Origin: Eledone cirrhosa
Lineage: Eukaryota
Length of the DNA stretch: 64,000 nucleotides
Reading direction: 5' to 3'
Assembly (NCBI GenBank): GCA_964016885.1
Contig: OZ024759.1
Location: 19,406,001-19,470,000 of the forward strand
The translations under genes and the position numbers were made by a program. Shown in pieces: positions 50,051 through 64,000 of the stretch (the stretch's first letter is position 1; every line of letters starts with the position of its first letter). The notes under the pieces were generated by a model. It saw only the letters and a list, made by a program, of their open reading frames with translations. It did no database searches and was not told the DNA's origin.

Positions 50051-50585
50051 CGCTGGTATGGACATGTGATGCGTATGAAGGATGACAGCTGCATAAAAAG
50101 GTGCAGAGCACTAGAAGTTGATGGAAACCGCGGAGTGGGGAGACCCAAGATGACTTGGGATGAGGTGATAAAAGCCGACCTTACCCAACTACACCTCTCA
50201 AAGTCAATGACACACGACCGTGACTTCTGGCGTCACGCAGTAATACAGGGTACCCGACCTCCCATGGGTACAAGCTGAAGCATATAAACAATATGCCCCC
50301 ACTCCCCCCACCGCAAGGTGGTCGTGGAGGTGCCACGGCAAAAAAGCACCCAGCCCACACTGTAAAGTGGACGTGTAGGCGCCACGAAAAAGCACCCAGC
50401 ACTCACTGTAAATGCGGTTGGTGTTAGGAAGGGCATCCAGCTGTAGAAATCAAACCAGATCAGTTCCTGTATGAGCAAGGCATGGTCAGCCGACCAGACA
50501 CTGCCCACAACAGGACAATCCGTCTAACCCATGCTAGCGTGGAAGAACGGACGTAAAAGGGTGATGATGATGATGATGATGATGA
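50049..50585 (+). mobile_element. RTE LINE 3' end with full 3' UTR; shorter copies ~18420-18808, 31390-31782, related 48420-48890
   Basis: LRWYGHVMRM...GRPKMTWDEVIKADL, then the tail shared with SINE family B and (GAT)n. Confidence 0.85.
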
Positions 50586-51494
50586 TATATATATATATAT
50601 ATATGGGGGAACATGGCTTAGCGGTTAGAGCATTGGCCTTGCAATCGAAAGGTTGTGAGTTCAATTCTCAGACCGGGTGATGTGTTGTTTCCTTGAGCAA
50701 GACACTTTATTTCACATTGCTCCAGTTTATTCAGCTGTAGAAATGAGATGATAGGGACTGGGGTCCCTATCATTCCACTGCAAAGTGGTCGTGGAGGTGC
50801 CACGGCAAAAAAGCACCCAGTACTCACAGTAAATAAGTTTGGTGTTAGGAAGGGCATCCAGCTGTAGAAATCAAGCCAGAATCAGTTCCCATCCCACCCT
50901 TGCAAGCAAGGAAAAGCGGACGTAAAATGATGATGATGATGATGATATATATATCATCATCACCATCACCATCATCATCATCATTGATTAACGTCTTTCT
51001 TCCATGCTAGCATGGGTTAGACGGGTTTGTCCCATTTAGAGGCAAGTTGGGTCGGCTGACTGTGTCTCGCTCATATAGGAGAGTTTCTGTTGATGGTGGT
51101 GGTGAGGGTAGACCAGGTGGTGGTGGTGGTGGTGGTAGACCAGATGGTGGTAGAGTGGTGGTGGTGGTGTTGGTGGTAAACCAGATTGTGGCGGTGATGA
51201 TGGTAAACCAGTTGGTGGTGGTGGTTGTGGTATAGTGGTGGTGGTGGTGGTGTTGGTGGTGGTAGTGGTGGTGGTGGTATAGTGGTGGTAGAGTGGTGGT
51301 GTTGGTGGTAGACCAGATGGTGGCGGTGATGATGGTAAATCAGTTGGTGGTGGTAGTGGTGGTTGTGGTATAGTGGTGGTAGTAGTGGTGGTGGAGGTCT
51401 TACATAATAGGACTGGCAGGATGTTCTAGAATCATTGTCCAAAGTAAAGTATATATATCTCAGATTAGGAGTAGTAGTAGCAATAGTAGTAGTA

Positions 51495-54400
51495 GTAGCA
51501 GCACACTACTACCATCAGCAGTAACACTACTACCATCAGCAGCACCACTACTACCATCAGCAGCACCACTACTACCATCAGCAGTAACACTACTACCACC
51601 AGCAGTAACACTACTACCATCAGCAGCACCACTACTACCATCAGCAGTAACACTACTACCACCAGCAGTAACACTACTACCACCAGCAGTAACACTACTA
51701 CCATCAGCAGCACCACTACTACCATCAGCAGTAACACTACTACCACCAGCAGCACACTACTACCACCAGCAGCACCACTACTACCACCAGCAGCACCACT
51801 ACTACCACCAGCAGCACCACTACTACCACCAGCAGTAACACTACTACCACCAGCAGCACCACTACTACCATCAGCAGTAACACTACTACCACCAGCAGTA
51901 ACACTACTACCACTAGCAGCACCACTACTACCATCAGCAGCAACACTACTACCACCAGCAGCAACACTACTACCACCAGCAGTAACACTACTACCACCAG
52001 CAGTACCACTACTACCACCAGCAGTACCACTACTACCACCAGCAGTAACACTACTACCACCAGCAGTAACACTACTACCACCAGCAGTAACACTACTACC
52101 ACCAGCAGTAACACTACTACCACCAGCAGTAACACTACTACCACCAGCAGTAACACTACTACCACCAGCAGTAACACTACTACCACCAGCAGTAACACTA
52201 CTACCATCAGCAGTAACACTACTACCATCAGCAGCACCACTACTACCATCAGCAGTAACACTACTACCACCAGCAGTAACACTACTACCACCAGCAGCAC
52301 CACTACTACCATCAGCAGCAACACTACTACCATCAGCAGCAACACTACTACCACCAGCAGTAACACTACTACCACCAGCAGTACCACTACTACCACCAGC
52401 AGCACCACTACTACCACCAGCAGTAACACTACTACCATCAGCAGTACCACTACTACCACCAGCAGTAACACTACTACCACCAGCAGCACCACTACTACCA
52501 CCAGCAGCACCACTACTACCACCAGCAGTAACACTACTACCACCAGCAGTACCACTACTACCACCAGCAGTAACACTACTACCATCAGCAGTACCACTAC
52601 TACCACCAGCAGTAACACTACTACCACCAGCAGCACCACTACTACCACCAGCAGCACCACTACTACCACCAGCAGTAACACTACTACCATCAGCAGTACC
52701 ACTACTACCATCAGCAGCACCACTACTACCACCAGCAGTAACACTACTACCACCAGCAGTAACACTACTACCATCAGCAGCACCACTACTACCATCAGCA
52801 GCACCACTACTACCATCAGCAGCACCACTACTACCACCATCAGTAACACTACTACCACCAGCAGCACCACTACTACCATCAGCAGCACCACTACTACCAT
52901 CAGCAGCACCACTACTACCATCAGCAGCACCACTACTACCACCAGCAGCACCACTACTACCACCAGCAGTAACACTACTACCACCAGCAGTAACACTACT
53001 ACCACCAGCAGCACCACTACTACCATCAGCAGTAACACTACTACCATCAGCAGTAACACTACTACCACCAGCAGTAACACTACTACCACCAGCAGCACCA
53101 CTACTACCACCAGCAGTAACACTACTACCATCAGCAGCACCACTACTACCATCAGCAGTAACACTACTACCACCAGCAGTAACACTACTACCACCAGCAG
53201 TAACACTACTACCATCAGCAGCACCACTACTACCATCAGCAGTAACACTACTACCACCAGCAGTAACACTACTACCACCAGCAGTAACACTACTACCATC
53301 AGCAGCACCACTACTACCATCAGTAGTAACACTACTACCACCAGCAGCACACTACTACCACCAGCAGCACCACTACTACCATCAGCAGCACCACTACTAC
53401 CACCAGCAGCACCACTACTACCACCAGCAGTAACACTACTACCACCAGCAGCACCCCTACTACCACCAGCAGCACCCCTACTACCATCAGCAGCACCCCT
53501 ACTACCATCAGCAGCACCACTACTACCACCAGCAGCACCACTACTACCATCAGCAGCACCCCTACTACCATCAGCAGCACCACTACTACCACCAGCAGCA
53601 CCACTACTACCATCAGCAGTACCCCTACTACCATCAGCAGCACCACTACTACCACCAGCAGTAACACTACTACCATCAGCAGTACCACTACTACCATCAG
53701 CAGCACCACTACTACCACCAGCAGCACCACTACTACCACCAGCAGTAACACTACTACCACCAGCAGTAACACTACTACCACCAGCAGTACCACTACTACC
53801 ATCAGCAGTACCACTACTACCATCAGCAGCACCACTACTACCACCAGCAGTAACACTACTACCATCAGCAGCACCACTACTACCATCAGCAGTACCACTA
53901 CTACCATCAGCAGTACCACTACTACCATCAGCAGCACACTACTACCATCAGCAGTAACACTACTACCACCAGCAGCACACTACTACCACCAGCAGCACCA
54001 CTACTACCACCAGCAGTAACACTACTACCATCAGCAGCACACTACTACCACCAGCAGCACCACTACTACCATCAGCAGCACACTACTACCACCAGCAGCA
54101 CACTACTACCACCAGCAGCACCACTACTACCACCAGCAGTAACACTACTACCACCAGCAGTAACACTACTACCATCAGCAGCACACTACTACCACCAGCA
54201 GCACCACTACTACCACCAGCAGTAACACTACTACCACCAGCAGTAACACTACTACCATCAGCAGCACCACTACTACCACCAGCAGTAACACTACTACCAC
54301 CAGCAGTAACACTACTACCATCAGCAGCACCACTACTACCATCAGCAGTACCACTACTACCACCAGCAGCACCACTACTACCATCAGCAGTAACACTACT

Positions 54401-54995
54401 ACCATCAGCAGCACCACTACTACCATCAGCAGTAACACTACTACCACCAGCAGCACCCCTACTACCACCAGCAGTAACACTACTACCATCAGCAGCACCA
54501 CTACTACCATCAGCAGTAACACTACTACCATCAGCAGTAACACTACTACCACCAGCAGTAACACTACTACCATCAGCAGTACCACTACTACCATCAGCAG
54601 CACCACTACTACCACCAGCAGTAACACTACTACCACCAGCAGTAACACTACTACTATCAGCAGCACCACTACTACCACCAGCAGTAACACTACTACCATC
54701 AGCAGTAACACTACTACCACCAGCAGTAACACTACTACCATCAACAGCACCACTACTACCATCAGCAGTAACACTACTACCACCAGCAGTAACACTACTA
54801 CCACCAGCAGTACCACTACTACCACCAGCAGTAACACTACTACCATCAGCAGCACACTACTACCATCAGCAGTAACACTACTACCACCAGCAGCACCACT
54901 ACTACCACCAGCAGCACCACTACTACCACCAGCAGTAACACTACTACCACCAGCAGCACCACTACTACCACCAGCAGCACCACTACTACTATCAG
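51495..54995. repeat. 3.5-kb 21-bp minisatellite built from CTA/CCA/GCA triplets
   Basis: CACTACTACCAYCAGCAGYAM repeated. Confidence 0.96.
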
Positions 54996-57144
54996 CAGCA
55001 TCACTGCTATCAGCAAGGCCAACAACACCACCACCATCACTGCCAACAACATCAACAATAATAAAAATGGTATCCACTTTAGGCACAAGGCCAGCAATTT
55101 GAAGGGGGAGGTGAAAGTCAATTAAATCGACAACAGTGCATTACTGGTACTTTATTTTATCAACCAAGTAAGGATAAAAGCTAAACTCTGTGGGATTTGA
55201 ACACAGACTGCAAGGCATAGTCATGGCTGTGAGCTGTAACAACATGAGATTACTGGAGTCCCTATCATTAAAACACCTGAGAAACTTATGAGATGCAAGC
55301 TCACAAGAGGCCGGATAAACCTACAAAGGTGTGAGCTGTATCAACATGGGGTGACTGGAGTCCCTATCATTAAAACACCTGAGAAACTTATGAGATGCCA
55401 GCTAAACCTACAAAGGTGTGAGCTGTATCAACATGAGATGACTGGAGTCCCTATCATTAAAACACCTGAGAAACCTATGAGATGCAAGCTCACAAGAGGC
55501 CAGCTAAACCTACAAAGGTGTGAGCTGTAAATTTCAATTTTTTCATTTCAGTGTTGCCCATAAAATGGAGTGTGTGATTTATCTTCAGGTGTGATTGGTG
55601 GCTTAGTAGTAAAGGGGTTGAACTAACAATCATAATGTTGTGGGTTTGATTCCGAGACCAGGTGGTGTGTTGAGTTCTTGAAAAAACACTTCATTTCACA
55701 TTGCTCCAGTATACTTAACTGAAAATAAGTACCAGCAATAGCTGGGGGTTTAATCCTGTGATGGACTGGAGTCCTATCCAGGGATGCAGGGGAAGTCTTG
55801 TACTCTGTCACTTAACGCCAATAAAATCAGGCTTGGGATAGACTTTACACTTTTAATACTTTAGCATTTAAACCAGCTGTATCCAGCCAGAATTCTCTCA
55901 CTTCTTTCTGTTCAAACCGGCTGTAACTGGCCACTCATACTGATGGTAAGATATTGTTCTCAAAATAAATATCAAAATCTTATAGATTCGATATAATGGG
56001 TGATAAAGCCTTTACCATGAAAATACAATAGCATATATAGAGTAATGTAAATGCTAATGGGTTAATACAATAATTGGTTTATAGACTCCCAGTACTATAT
56101 TTATTGATTTGTGGGTGTCTGTAAAGCCCTGGCTATGAACTCTCTTTGCAATATGCTACGTATCTGTAGACTGTAAAACTCTGGACTACATTTCCAGATC
56201 CCAAGGTATCTGCAAACCCCTGACTAGGGACTATCTTTGCAGAGCCCTCGGTGTCTGTAAACTCTAGGCTAGGGACTATCTTTGCAGAGCCCTAGATGTT
56301 TGTAAACCCCAGAATAGGGACTAGATTTGCAGAGCCCTAGATGTTTGTAAACCCCAGAATAGGGACTAGATTTGTAGAGCTCTATGTGACTGTAAACCAC
56401 TGTATCACTCTTTGAGGGGAACTATGTGTCTCATGCAATTCTTTAAGCAAAACCTACATATGTGTGATGTGGTCTATTGGCAGAGTCATTAGAACGTCAG
56501 ATAGAATGCTTTGAAGTATTCGTTTTGGCTGTCTGCTTTCTGAGTTCAAATCCCACCAAGGTCAACTTTGCCTTTCATCCATTCAACGTTGATAAAAAAA
56601 GTAGAAATCAAGTACTGGGATTGATTCTTCCTCTGTCTCTTTCTCATTTCAATTCTCTTACTCTCTATCCTTCTCTAGAAGAAATCTGCTGTGTTCAAAC
56701 CTGGAGAGGAGATGGGGGGGGGGGGGGGGTCTGTCAGGTTAACAATACCCTTGAGACGCCGTATTTCAATACTGCACCCCTATCACTCCCTCAAGAGTTA
56801 CGGGAACATGTATGCACATAGGTGGGAACTGTGTATTTTATGCTATTGTTTAAACTAAAACTACATAGGTGAGAGATGTAAATTTAAGGAAATTGTGTGT
56901 TTCATGTTTAACTTTGCCTTTCATCCTTATGGGGTCGATAAAATAAAGTACCAGTAATGTACTGAGGTTGATTTAAATGACTTTCCTCTTCTCTTCAAAT
57001 TACTGGCCTTGTGCCAAAAAAGTCGAAACAGTTATTTTGTTGTTGTAGCGGTCGTAGTAGTAGGAGAATATTAGGGGGCAACAGAGCGGAAGAAGAAACA
57101 GTAGGATGCTGCATCAAACACCCCTCATCCACAACAACAACAGC

Positions 57145-57180
<36 letters not shown>

Positions 57181-57225
57181 AACAATAACGACAATAATAA
57201 TAATAATAATAATGATGATGATAAT

Positions 57226-57951
57226 TTCATTTATTGGCCACAAGGGCCGACATATAGGGGACAATATAAAGACAGGGACAGTGGGGGTTACTATAAGATT
57301 GAGTAAACATGTACAATAACAAAACCAATTTAACAATAATAATAATAATGATAACGATAATAATAATAATGATATTAATAATGAGAATAAAATTAATAAT
57401 AATGATGATTATGATAATGATAATTATGATTTCTTTATTAACCACAAGGGTTTACATAAAGTAGACATTAAGGACAGTACAGGACAATACAGGACGGTAC
57501 AAATGGGCATTTCTGCGTGTAAAAAAACAAAAACAGAGGATGTAATAAAAAAAATAACAATGAAAAATTCCCCAATAGGGGGGAGACTTCCGAGGGACAT
57601 TTGTGGAGAAAGCCCATTAAAAGACCACAGTGACCCTGACCACCAGGTCAAGTGCCCTCTCCCAGTTTTCCACCTTTAATTTACAGACACATACACAGAG
57701 TAGGCCCATTCACTCGGGCCATACTTGCTTCTCTCACCCATCTTTCAACAAAATGCTGGGAAGAGAGCACTTCCCTCTCTACCCTGATTTTCCTTTTCAA
57801 ATGAAATTTGAAAAAGTTAATCAGGGCATCACCGAAGAGGTAAGTGATCGTCTTCAACCCTTTCAAATGTGTCCACCATACTATCTCTTTCGCCATGGCC
57901 ACCAGACAAATAAAAACTGCCTGCCCTTCCCGGCTAAAGGAAGAGGGCGGA
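57226..57951 (-). mobile_element. Two L1/Tx1-like 3' ends in an (AAT)n tract
   Basis: PPSSFSREGQAVFICLVAMAKEIVWWT...RVNGPTL homologous to 8409-8936; second short tail 57226-57320. Confidence 0.8.
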
Positions 57952-58564
57952 ACTATGATAATGATAATAATAATAATTGTTTCTACTTTTGGCACAAGGC
58001 CAGCAATTTCCCAGTGTATTACTGGTACTTTATTTTATCGACCCCGTAAGGATAAAAGGCAAAGTTAACCTCGGCGGGATATGAACTCAGACCATAAAGG
58101 GCCGTAACTCTATGCTGCAAGGCATGGTGTCTGACCCTCTACTGATATTTAAAATAATAATAATGATGATAATAATAGCCAAAATGAAATAAAGCAATTA
58201 CTCTAACGAATTACAGAATTAAAAACATGAAACAAAAAAAAATTCATGTAAATTATATTAAAAACAACAATAAATATAACAATAACAGCAACAAACAACA
58301 AAAACATTAATTGATGTTGACAGTTAGCAAACACAGAAATTAGGTAGTTTGTGTGGTTGGGGTGGGAGAGATGAGTAGGGGAAAAAATTGGGGTGAAAAA
58401 CAAGAACTTTTCTCTCCATACATACACACATATATATATGCGTGTGTGTATGTATATATGTGTATGTGTGTATGTGTATATATGTGTGTGCATATATATG
58501 TGTGTGTGTGTATATGGAGAGAAGAGTTATATACACACACATATATATATATATATATATACAC

Positions 58565-58597
<33 letters not shown>

Positions 58598-58717
58598 CAC
58601 ACATATATATACACACACATGTATACACACATATATATACACACACATGTATACAGACATACACATATATACACACACATATATATGCACATATATATAC
58701 ACATACACACATACACA

Positions 58718-58751
<34 letters not shown>

Positions 58752-60319
58752 TATATACACACGCATATATACAGACACACATACACACGCACACATATAT
58801 ACACATACACACATACACACGCACATATACACATGCAGATATACACACACACACATATATACACACATATATATACATAGACACATATACACACACATAT
58901 ACACACACACATATACACACATATATACACATACACATTCACACACATATACACATACAGTCTCTCAATCACATTATATGCAAATTAACTGAATATTATA
59001 TATACTGAATTGTATGCCAAGAACAAAATAATTAGCATAGACACATTAGTTGTCCAAAGAATTCATTAAAAATTTAATGTAATGTAACTAGAGAGTTGGT
59101 GACCCCTGAAAATGGTAAAAAGTGCAGAAAATAATGGTAATGGGAAGATATTTGAATTTACCATCTAGTATTTAAATTATGCAAGGGACTAGCTGGCTTG
59201 CTGACTTTGTTTTTTTCTTATTTCAAAAGGGGTTGATAAAATAAGATACAGTTAATGTATTGAGGAAAGAAGAAGAGGCGAGTTTGATAAAGTATCAGTG
59301 ATATACTGAGGAGAATGTTAATAAAATTATACATTTTGTTTTTCCTACTTCGAATCCTTCAGCATTTACATTAATGCTACTTCGAATCCTTTAGCATTTA
59401 CATTAATCTATATTTACTATAGGCGGTGAATTGGCAGTATCGGTAGAGGGTCGGACGCCATGCTTTGACGCATAGAGTTACGGCCCTTGCCATTCTGAGT
59501 TCAAATCCCGCCGAGGTTAACTTTGCCTTTCATCCTTACGGGGTCGATAAAATAAAGTACCAGTAATACACTGGGAAATTGCTGGCCTTGTGCCAAAAGT
59601 AGAAACAATTAATCTATATTTACTATTGTATTTTCACCGTAAAGGCTCTACCTCACATAATTATCTCACAATATCGAATCTATGAGATTTTGATGATATT
59701 TATTTTGAGAACAATACCTAAACATCAGTATGAGTGGTCAGTTACAACTGGTTTGAACATAAATACGTGAGAGAATTCTGGCCGGCCGGATATGGCTGGT
59801 TTAAATGCTAAAGGGTTAATTAAGATACCAATAATGCATTAAGGAAAGAGAAGAGAGTAGTTTGATAATGTACCAGTTATATATTGAGGAGGGTGCTAAT
59901 AAAATAGTATATTTTGTTTTTCCTCCTTTGAAGGGCAGATAAATGAAAGTACCAGTAATGTATTGGGAAAGGAAGAGTTTGATAAAGTAGCAGTCATATA
60001 TTGAGGAGAAGAGGTTCATAAAATAGTATATTTTGTTTTTCCTCCTTTGAAGGGCTGATAAGTTAACCCTTTAGTATTTAAACAGGCCATATCCGATCAG
60101 AATTCTCACACCTCTTTCTCTTTAAACCGGCTGTAACTGGCCAATCATACTGATGTTAAGTTATTGTTCTCAAAATAAATAATATCAAAATCACATAGAT
60201 TCGATATTATGTGAGGTTATCATGTGAGATAAAGCCATTACTGTGAAAATACAATAGTATATATAGAATAATGTAAATGCTAAAGAGTTAAAGTACCAGT
60301 AATGTATTGGGAAAGGAGT

Positions 60320-60590
60320 TTGATAAAGTATCAGTCACATATTGGGGAGAGGGGGTTGATGAAATAGATATTACACATTGTTCTGCTATCTTAGAAGGGT
60401 TGATAACAAAGTATCAGTCACATATTGGGGAGAGGGGGTTGATGAAATAGATATTACACATTGTTCTGCTATCTTAGAAGGGTTGATAACAAAGTACCAG
60501 TCACATATTGAGGAGAGGGGGTTGATGAAATAGATATTACACATTGTTCTGCTATCTTAGAAGGGTTGATAACAAAGTACCAGTTATGTA
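60320..60590. repeat. 84-bp tandem repeat (~3 copies)
   Basis: CAGTCACATATTGRGGAGAGGGGGTTGATGAAATAGATATTACAC recurs. Confidence 0.85.
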
Positions 60591-61060
60591 TTGGGGAAAG
60601 AAGAGTGGGATTTAATAAAATACATAGTGCATTTTGTTTTACCTTTGAAGGGTTGATAATATGAAGTAGCAGTCATATATTGGGGGAGAATATAGGGGAG
60701 TTTCATTAATTAGATAGTACACTGGGTTTTTTTTCCAAAAAGAAATAACAACAATAACAGTAGCAATAAATACAATTACAACAGCAACAAATACAACAAT
60801 AATAACAATTACAATAACAATAACAACAGCAACAACAACAATAATAATTGCACAAGGCCAGCAATTACATGTACGTATACATATATATATATATATATAT
60901 ATATTGTTATACTTTGGGAGGGTCATGTTGCCAATAAGAAACACACGCACCGGTTGCTTTCACTCCAATTTATTATAAATTAAATTTATAAATTTAAGAA
61001 TTTATAAATTTCCGGTTGGTTGGTTGGTTGGTTCCACAACCGGACGGTTGTTCATATATT

Positions 61061-61103
61061 GTGAAAGTTCTTTCGTCACACATACTGTGACCTCTTCAGT
61101 GAC
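61061..61103 (-). ncRNA. Decayed hammerhead motif
   Basis: minus strand GTCA-CTGAAGA-G GTCACA GTATG TGTGAC-GAAA-GAAC-TT-TCAC; stems I/III imperfect. Confidence 0.45.
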
Positions 61104-61212
61104 TGAGGATTCTTTTCTTTGTTTTGTACCTCTCCTTTGTTTTGTCCTACACCATCTTGTTTTTGTGTGTTGGGAGGCAGGATTTGAACTCAGAATGGCA
61201 AATTCAGAAACG

Positions 61213-61262
<50 letters not shown>

Positions 61263-62687
61263 TTATCTATGTATATATATATTTATCTATGTATATATAT
61301 ATATATATATATATATCTATGTATAAATCTATATATATATATATATATATGTATAAATCTATATATATATATATATATATATGTATAAATCTATATATAT
61401 ATATATATATATATGTATAAATCTATATATATATATCTATGTATAAATCTCTCTCTATATATATATATATGTATAAATCTATATATATATATATATCTAT
61501 GTATAAATCTCTCTCTATATATATATATATGTATAAATCTATATATATATATATATATATATGTATAAATCTATATATATATATATATATATATGTATAA
61601 ATCTCTATATATATATATATATCTATGTATAAATCTCTCTCTATATATATATATATGTATAAATCTATATATATATATTTATCTATGTATATATCTATAT
61701 ATATATATCTATGTATATATATATATGTGTGTGTGTATACGTAAATATATATATATATGTATATTTAAATGTATATATATATATATGTGTGTGTGTGTCT
61801 ATACTTATGTATATAATGTGTGTATATACATATAATTGTTTCTACTTTTTGGTACAAGGCCAGCAATTATTCCAGTGTATTACTGGTACTTTATTTTATC
61901 GACCCCGTAAGGATGAAAGGCAAAGCTAACCTCGCTGGGATTTGAACTCAGAATGGCAAGGGCCGTAACTCTATGCATCAAAGCATGGCGTCCGACCCTC
62001 TACCGATACTGCCAATCCACCGTCCTTACAATAACAATAATAATAATAATAATAGCAACAACAACAATAATAGCAACAGCAGCAGCAACTCCAGCAGCAA
62101 CACCACCACCAACAACAACAACACCACCAACAACAACAACAATAGCTGTATTGAAAGCAACAGTAGCCATAAGTGCTTGTATTCTTAGAAAATTAGCTGC
62201 ATTATCCATTAGAGTGCTGATTCCTTCATCCCACCTCCATCTTCCCATCTCCCACTCTGATGACCTGTATAACATAACATAAGCATATGTAAGTAGAATA
62301 AAGCCACCCCTCATGGCTGTACATTTCATCATCATCATTTCATTTTACGTCCGCTTTTCCCTGCTTGCAAGGGTGAGACGGGAACTGATTCTGGCTTGAT
62401 TTCTACAGCTGGATGCCCTTCCTAACACCAACCTCATTTACAGTGAGTGCTGGGTGATTTTTTTTGCCGTGGCACCTCCACGACAACTTCTCAGTGGAAT
62501 GATAGGGACCCCAGTCCCTATCATCTCATTTCTACAGCTGAGTAAGCTGGAGCAATGTGAAATAAAGTGTCTTGCTCAAGGAAACAACGCATCACCCGGT
62601 CTGAGAATTGAACTCACAACCTTTCGATTGCAAGGCCAATGCTCTAACCACTAAGCCATGTGCCTCCATCGTAGATTCATAGTAATA

Positions 62688-63430
62688 CCGTATATGCCAG
62701 CATACAAGTCAACATTTGGAGCCGAAAAGTATCTCTCCAAAGCCAGGGGTCGACTTCTCAGCCGAATATCAAAATGTGAACCCTTACCACTGACAGGTAA
62801 ACAGTGAAACTGCTACCTAACACTCATCGTACACCACTTACCATCATAACTGAAGCAGCCCACCACAATTATTTTCTTCTGAATTTCATATTTGTTAAGT
62901 TTATTTAACCCTTTAGCATTTAAACTGGCTGTATCCGGCCAGAATTCTCTCACCTTTTTCTGTTTAAACCGGCTGTAACTGGTCACTCACACTGATGTTA
63001 AGGTCTTGTTCTCAAAATAAATATTATCAAAATCTCATAGATTCAATATTATGTGAGATAATTATGTGAGATAAAGCCTTTACCACGAAAATACAATAGT
63101 ATATATAGAGTAATGTAAATGCTAAAGGATTAACGTAGAGATTATACTAATATAATGACTTGCCGTAGCTCATGGGTAGGTTGCCATAGGTTCCTTAAGG
63201 TTAGGCTAGGCTGGTTTACTCAATGAGTTAGAATTCACTTGCAACTGCAGTGTATTAGAAGTGACTTAGCCTTTAGAGCACCACTAAATTTTTTGAATTA
63301 TTTCCCTTGCAACCTCCTTATTTTTGGGAGATCGTCTTATCCGGCGAATATACACCTAAAGCTGAATTACACTTAAGAATTTTAGGAGTCGACTTATGCG
63401 CCGGATCGACTTGTACGTTGGCATATATGG
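62688..63430. mobile_element. pogo/Tc2-like MITE with nested piggyBac-like MITE
   Basis: TA-CCGTATATGCCAGCATACAAGTC ... GACTTGTACGTTGGCATATATGG-TA TIRs with TA TSD. Confidence 0.78.
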
Positions 63431-64000
63431 TAATTATAAATAATAATTGTTTCTACGTTTGGCACAAGGCCAGCAATTACCCCACTACATTACTGGTACT
63501 TTATTTTATCGACCCCGTAAGGATGAAAGGCAAAGTTAACCTTGGCGGGATTTGAACTCAGAATGGCAAGGGCTGTAACTCTATGCGCCAAAGCATGGCG
63601 TCCGACCTTCTACCGATACTGCCATGGTTTCTGATTTATGTACAAGGCCAGCAATATTGTGAGGAGGGGAAAGGTGATTAAATTCACCCCAGTAGTACTT
63701 TATTTCTCTGATGCTCTACCGGTACTGCCAATCTAATAATAATAATTGCTTCTACTTTAGGCACAAGGCCAGCAATTACCCAGTGCATTACTGGTACTTT
63801 ATTTTATCGACCCCGTAAGGATGAAAGGCAAAGTCAACCTTGGCGGGATTTGAACTCAGATCGTAAAGGGACGTAACTATGCTGGAAAGCATGGCGTCCG
63901 ACCCTCTACCGATACTGCCAATCCACCGCCCTTCTAATAATAATAATGGTTTCTGATTTAGGCACAAGGAGGAAAGTTGATTAATTTTTTATCCACTTCT

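Noticed and set aside
51740-55086. Long Val/Leu-rich ORFs (also 24843-26078, 42550-43614, 13536-14396)
   Set aside because: Stop-free frames of triplet microsatellites; no splice context or protein-like complexity.
55535-55595. Minus-strand CTGAAGA...GAAA
   Set aside because: No stem II or stem III pairing; probably chance.

Overview
Repeat-dense, AT-rich eukaryotic genomic DNA. The SINE/LINE families and microsatellite load look like a coleoid cephalopod (Octopus-like), which is inference from recalled repeat families. Two spliced genes are readable on the + strand: the last nine coding exons of a WDR91 orthologue (864-13106) and a complete two-exon SMIM8 orthologue (26665-29442, 99 aa). 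The rest is tRNA-derived SINEs, fragments of RTE, CR1, Tx1-like and CRE LINEs, piggyBac-, hAT-, Tigger- and pogo-like MITEs, and mini/microsatellites; most ORF-track entries are repeat artefacts. The main unexplained signal is about 14 type-I hammerhead ribozyme motifs (CUGANGA...GAAA, short and mostly palindromic stem III). They lie in tandem or fold-back elements mostly next to (TA)n tracts, with no adjacent RT. The best case is a near-identical 468-bp tandem unit plus a ~325-bp-arm palindrome carrying three intact hammerheads (45953-47138), a Penelope-pLTR/retrozyme-like architecture. All folds were read by eye; none was computed or tested.
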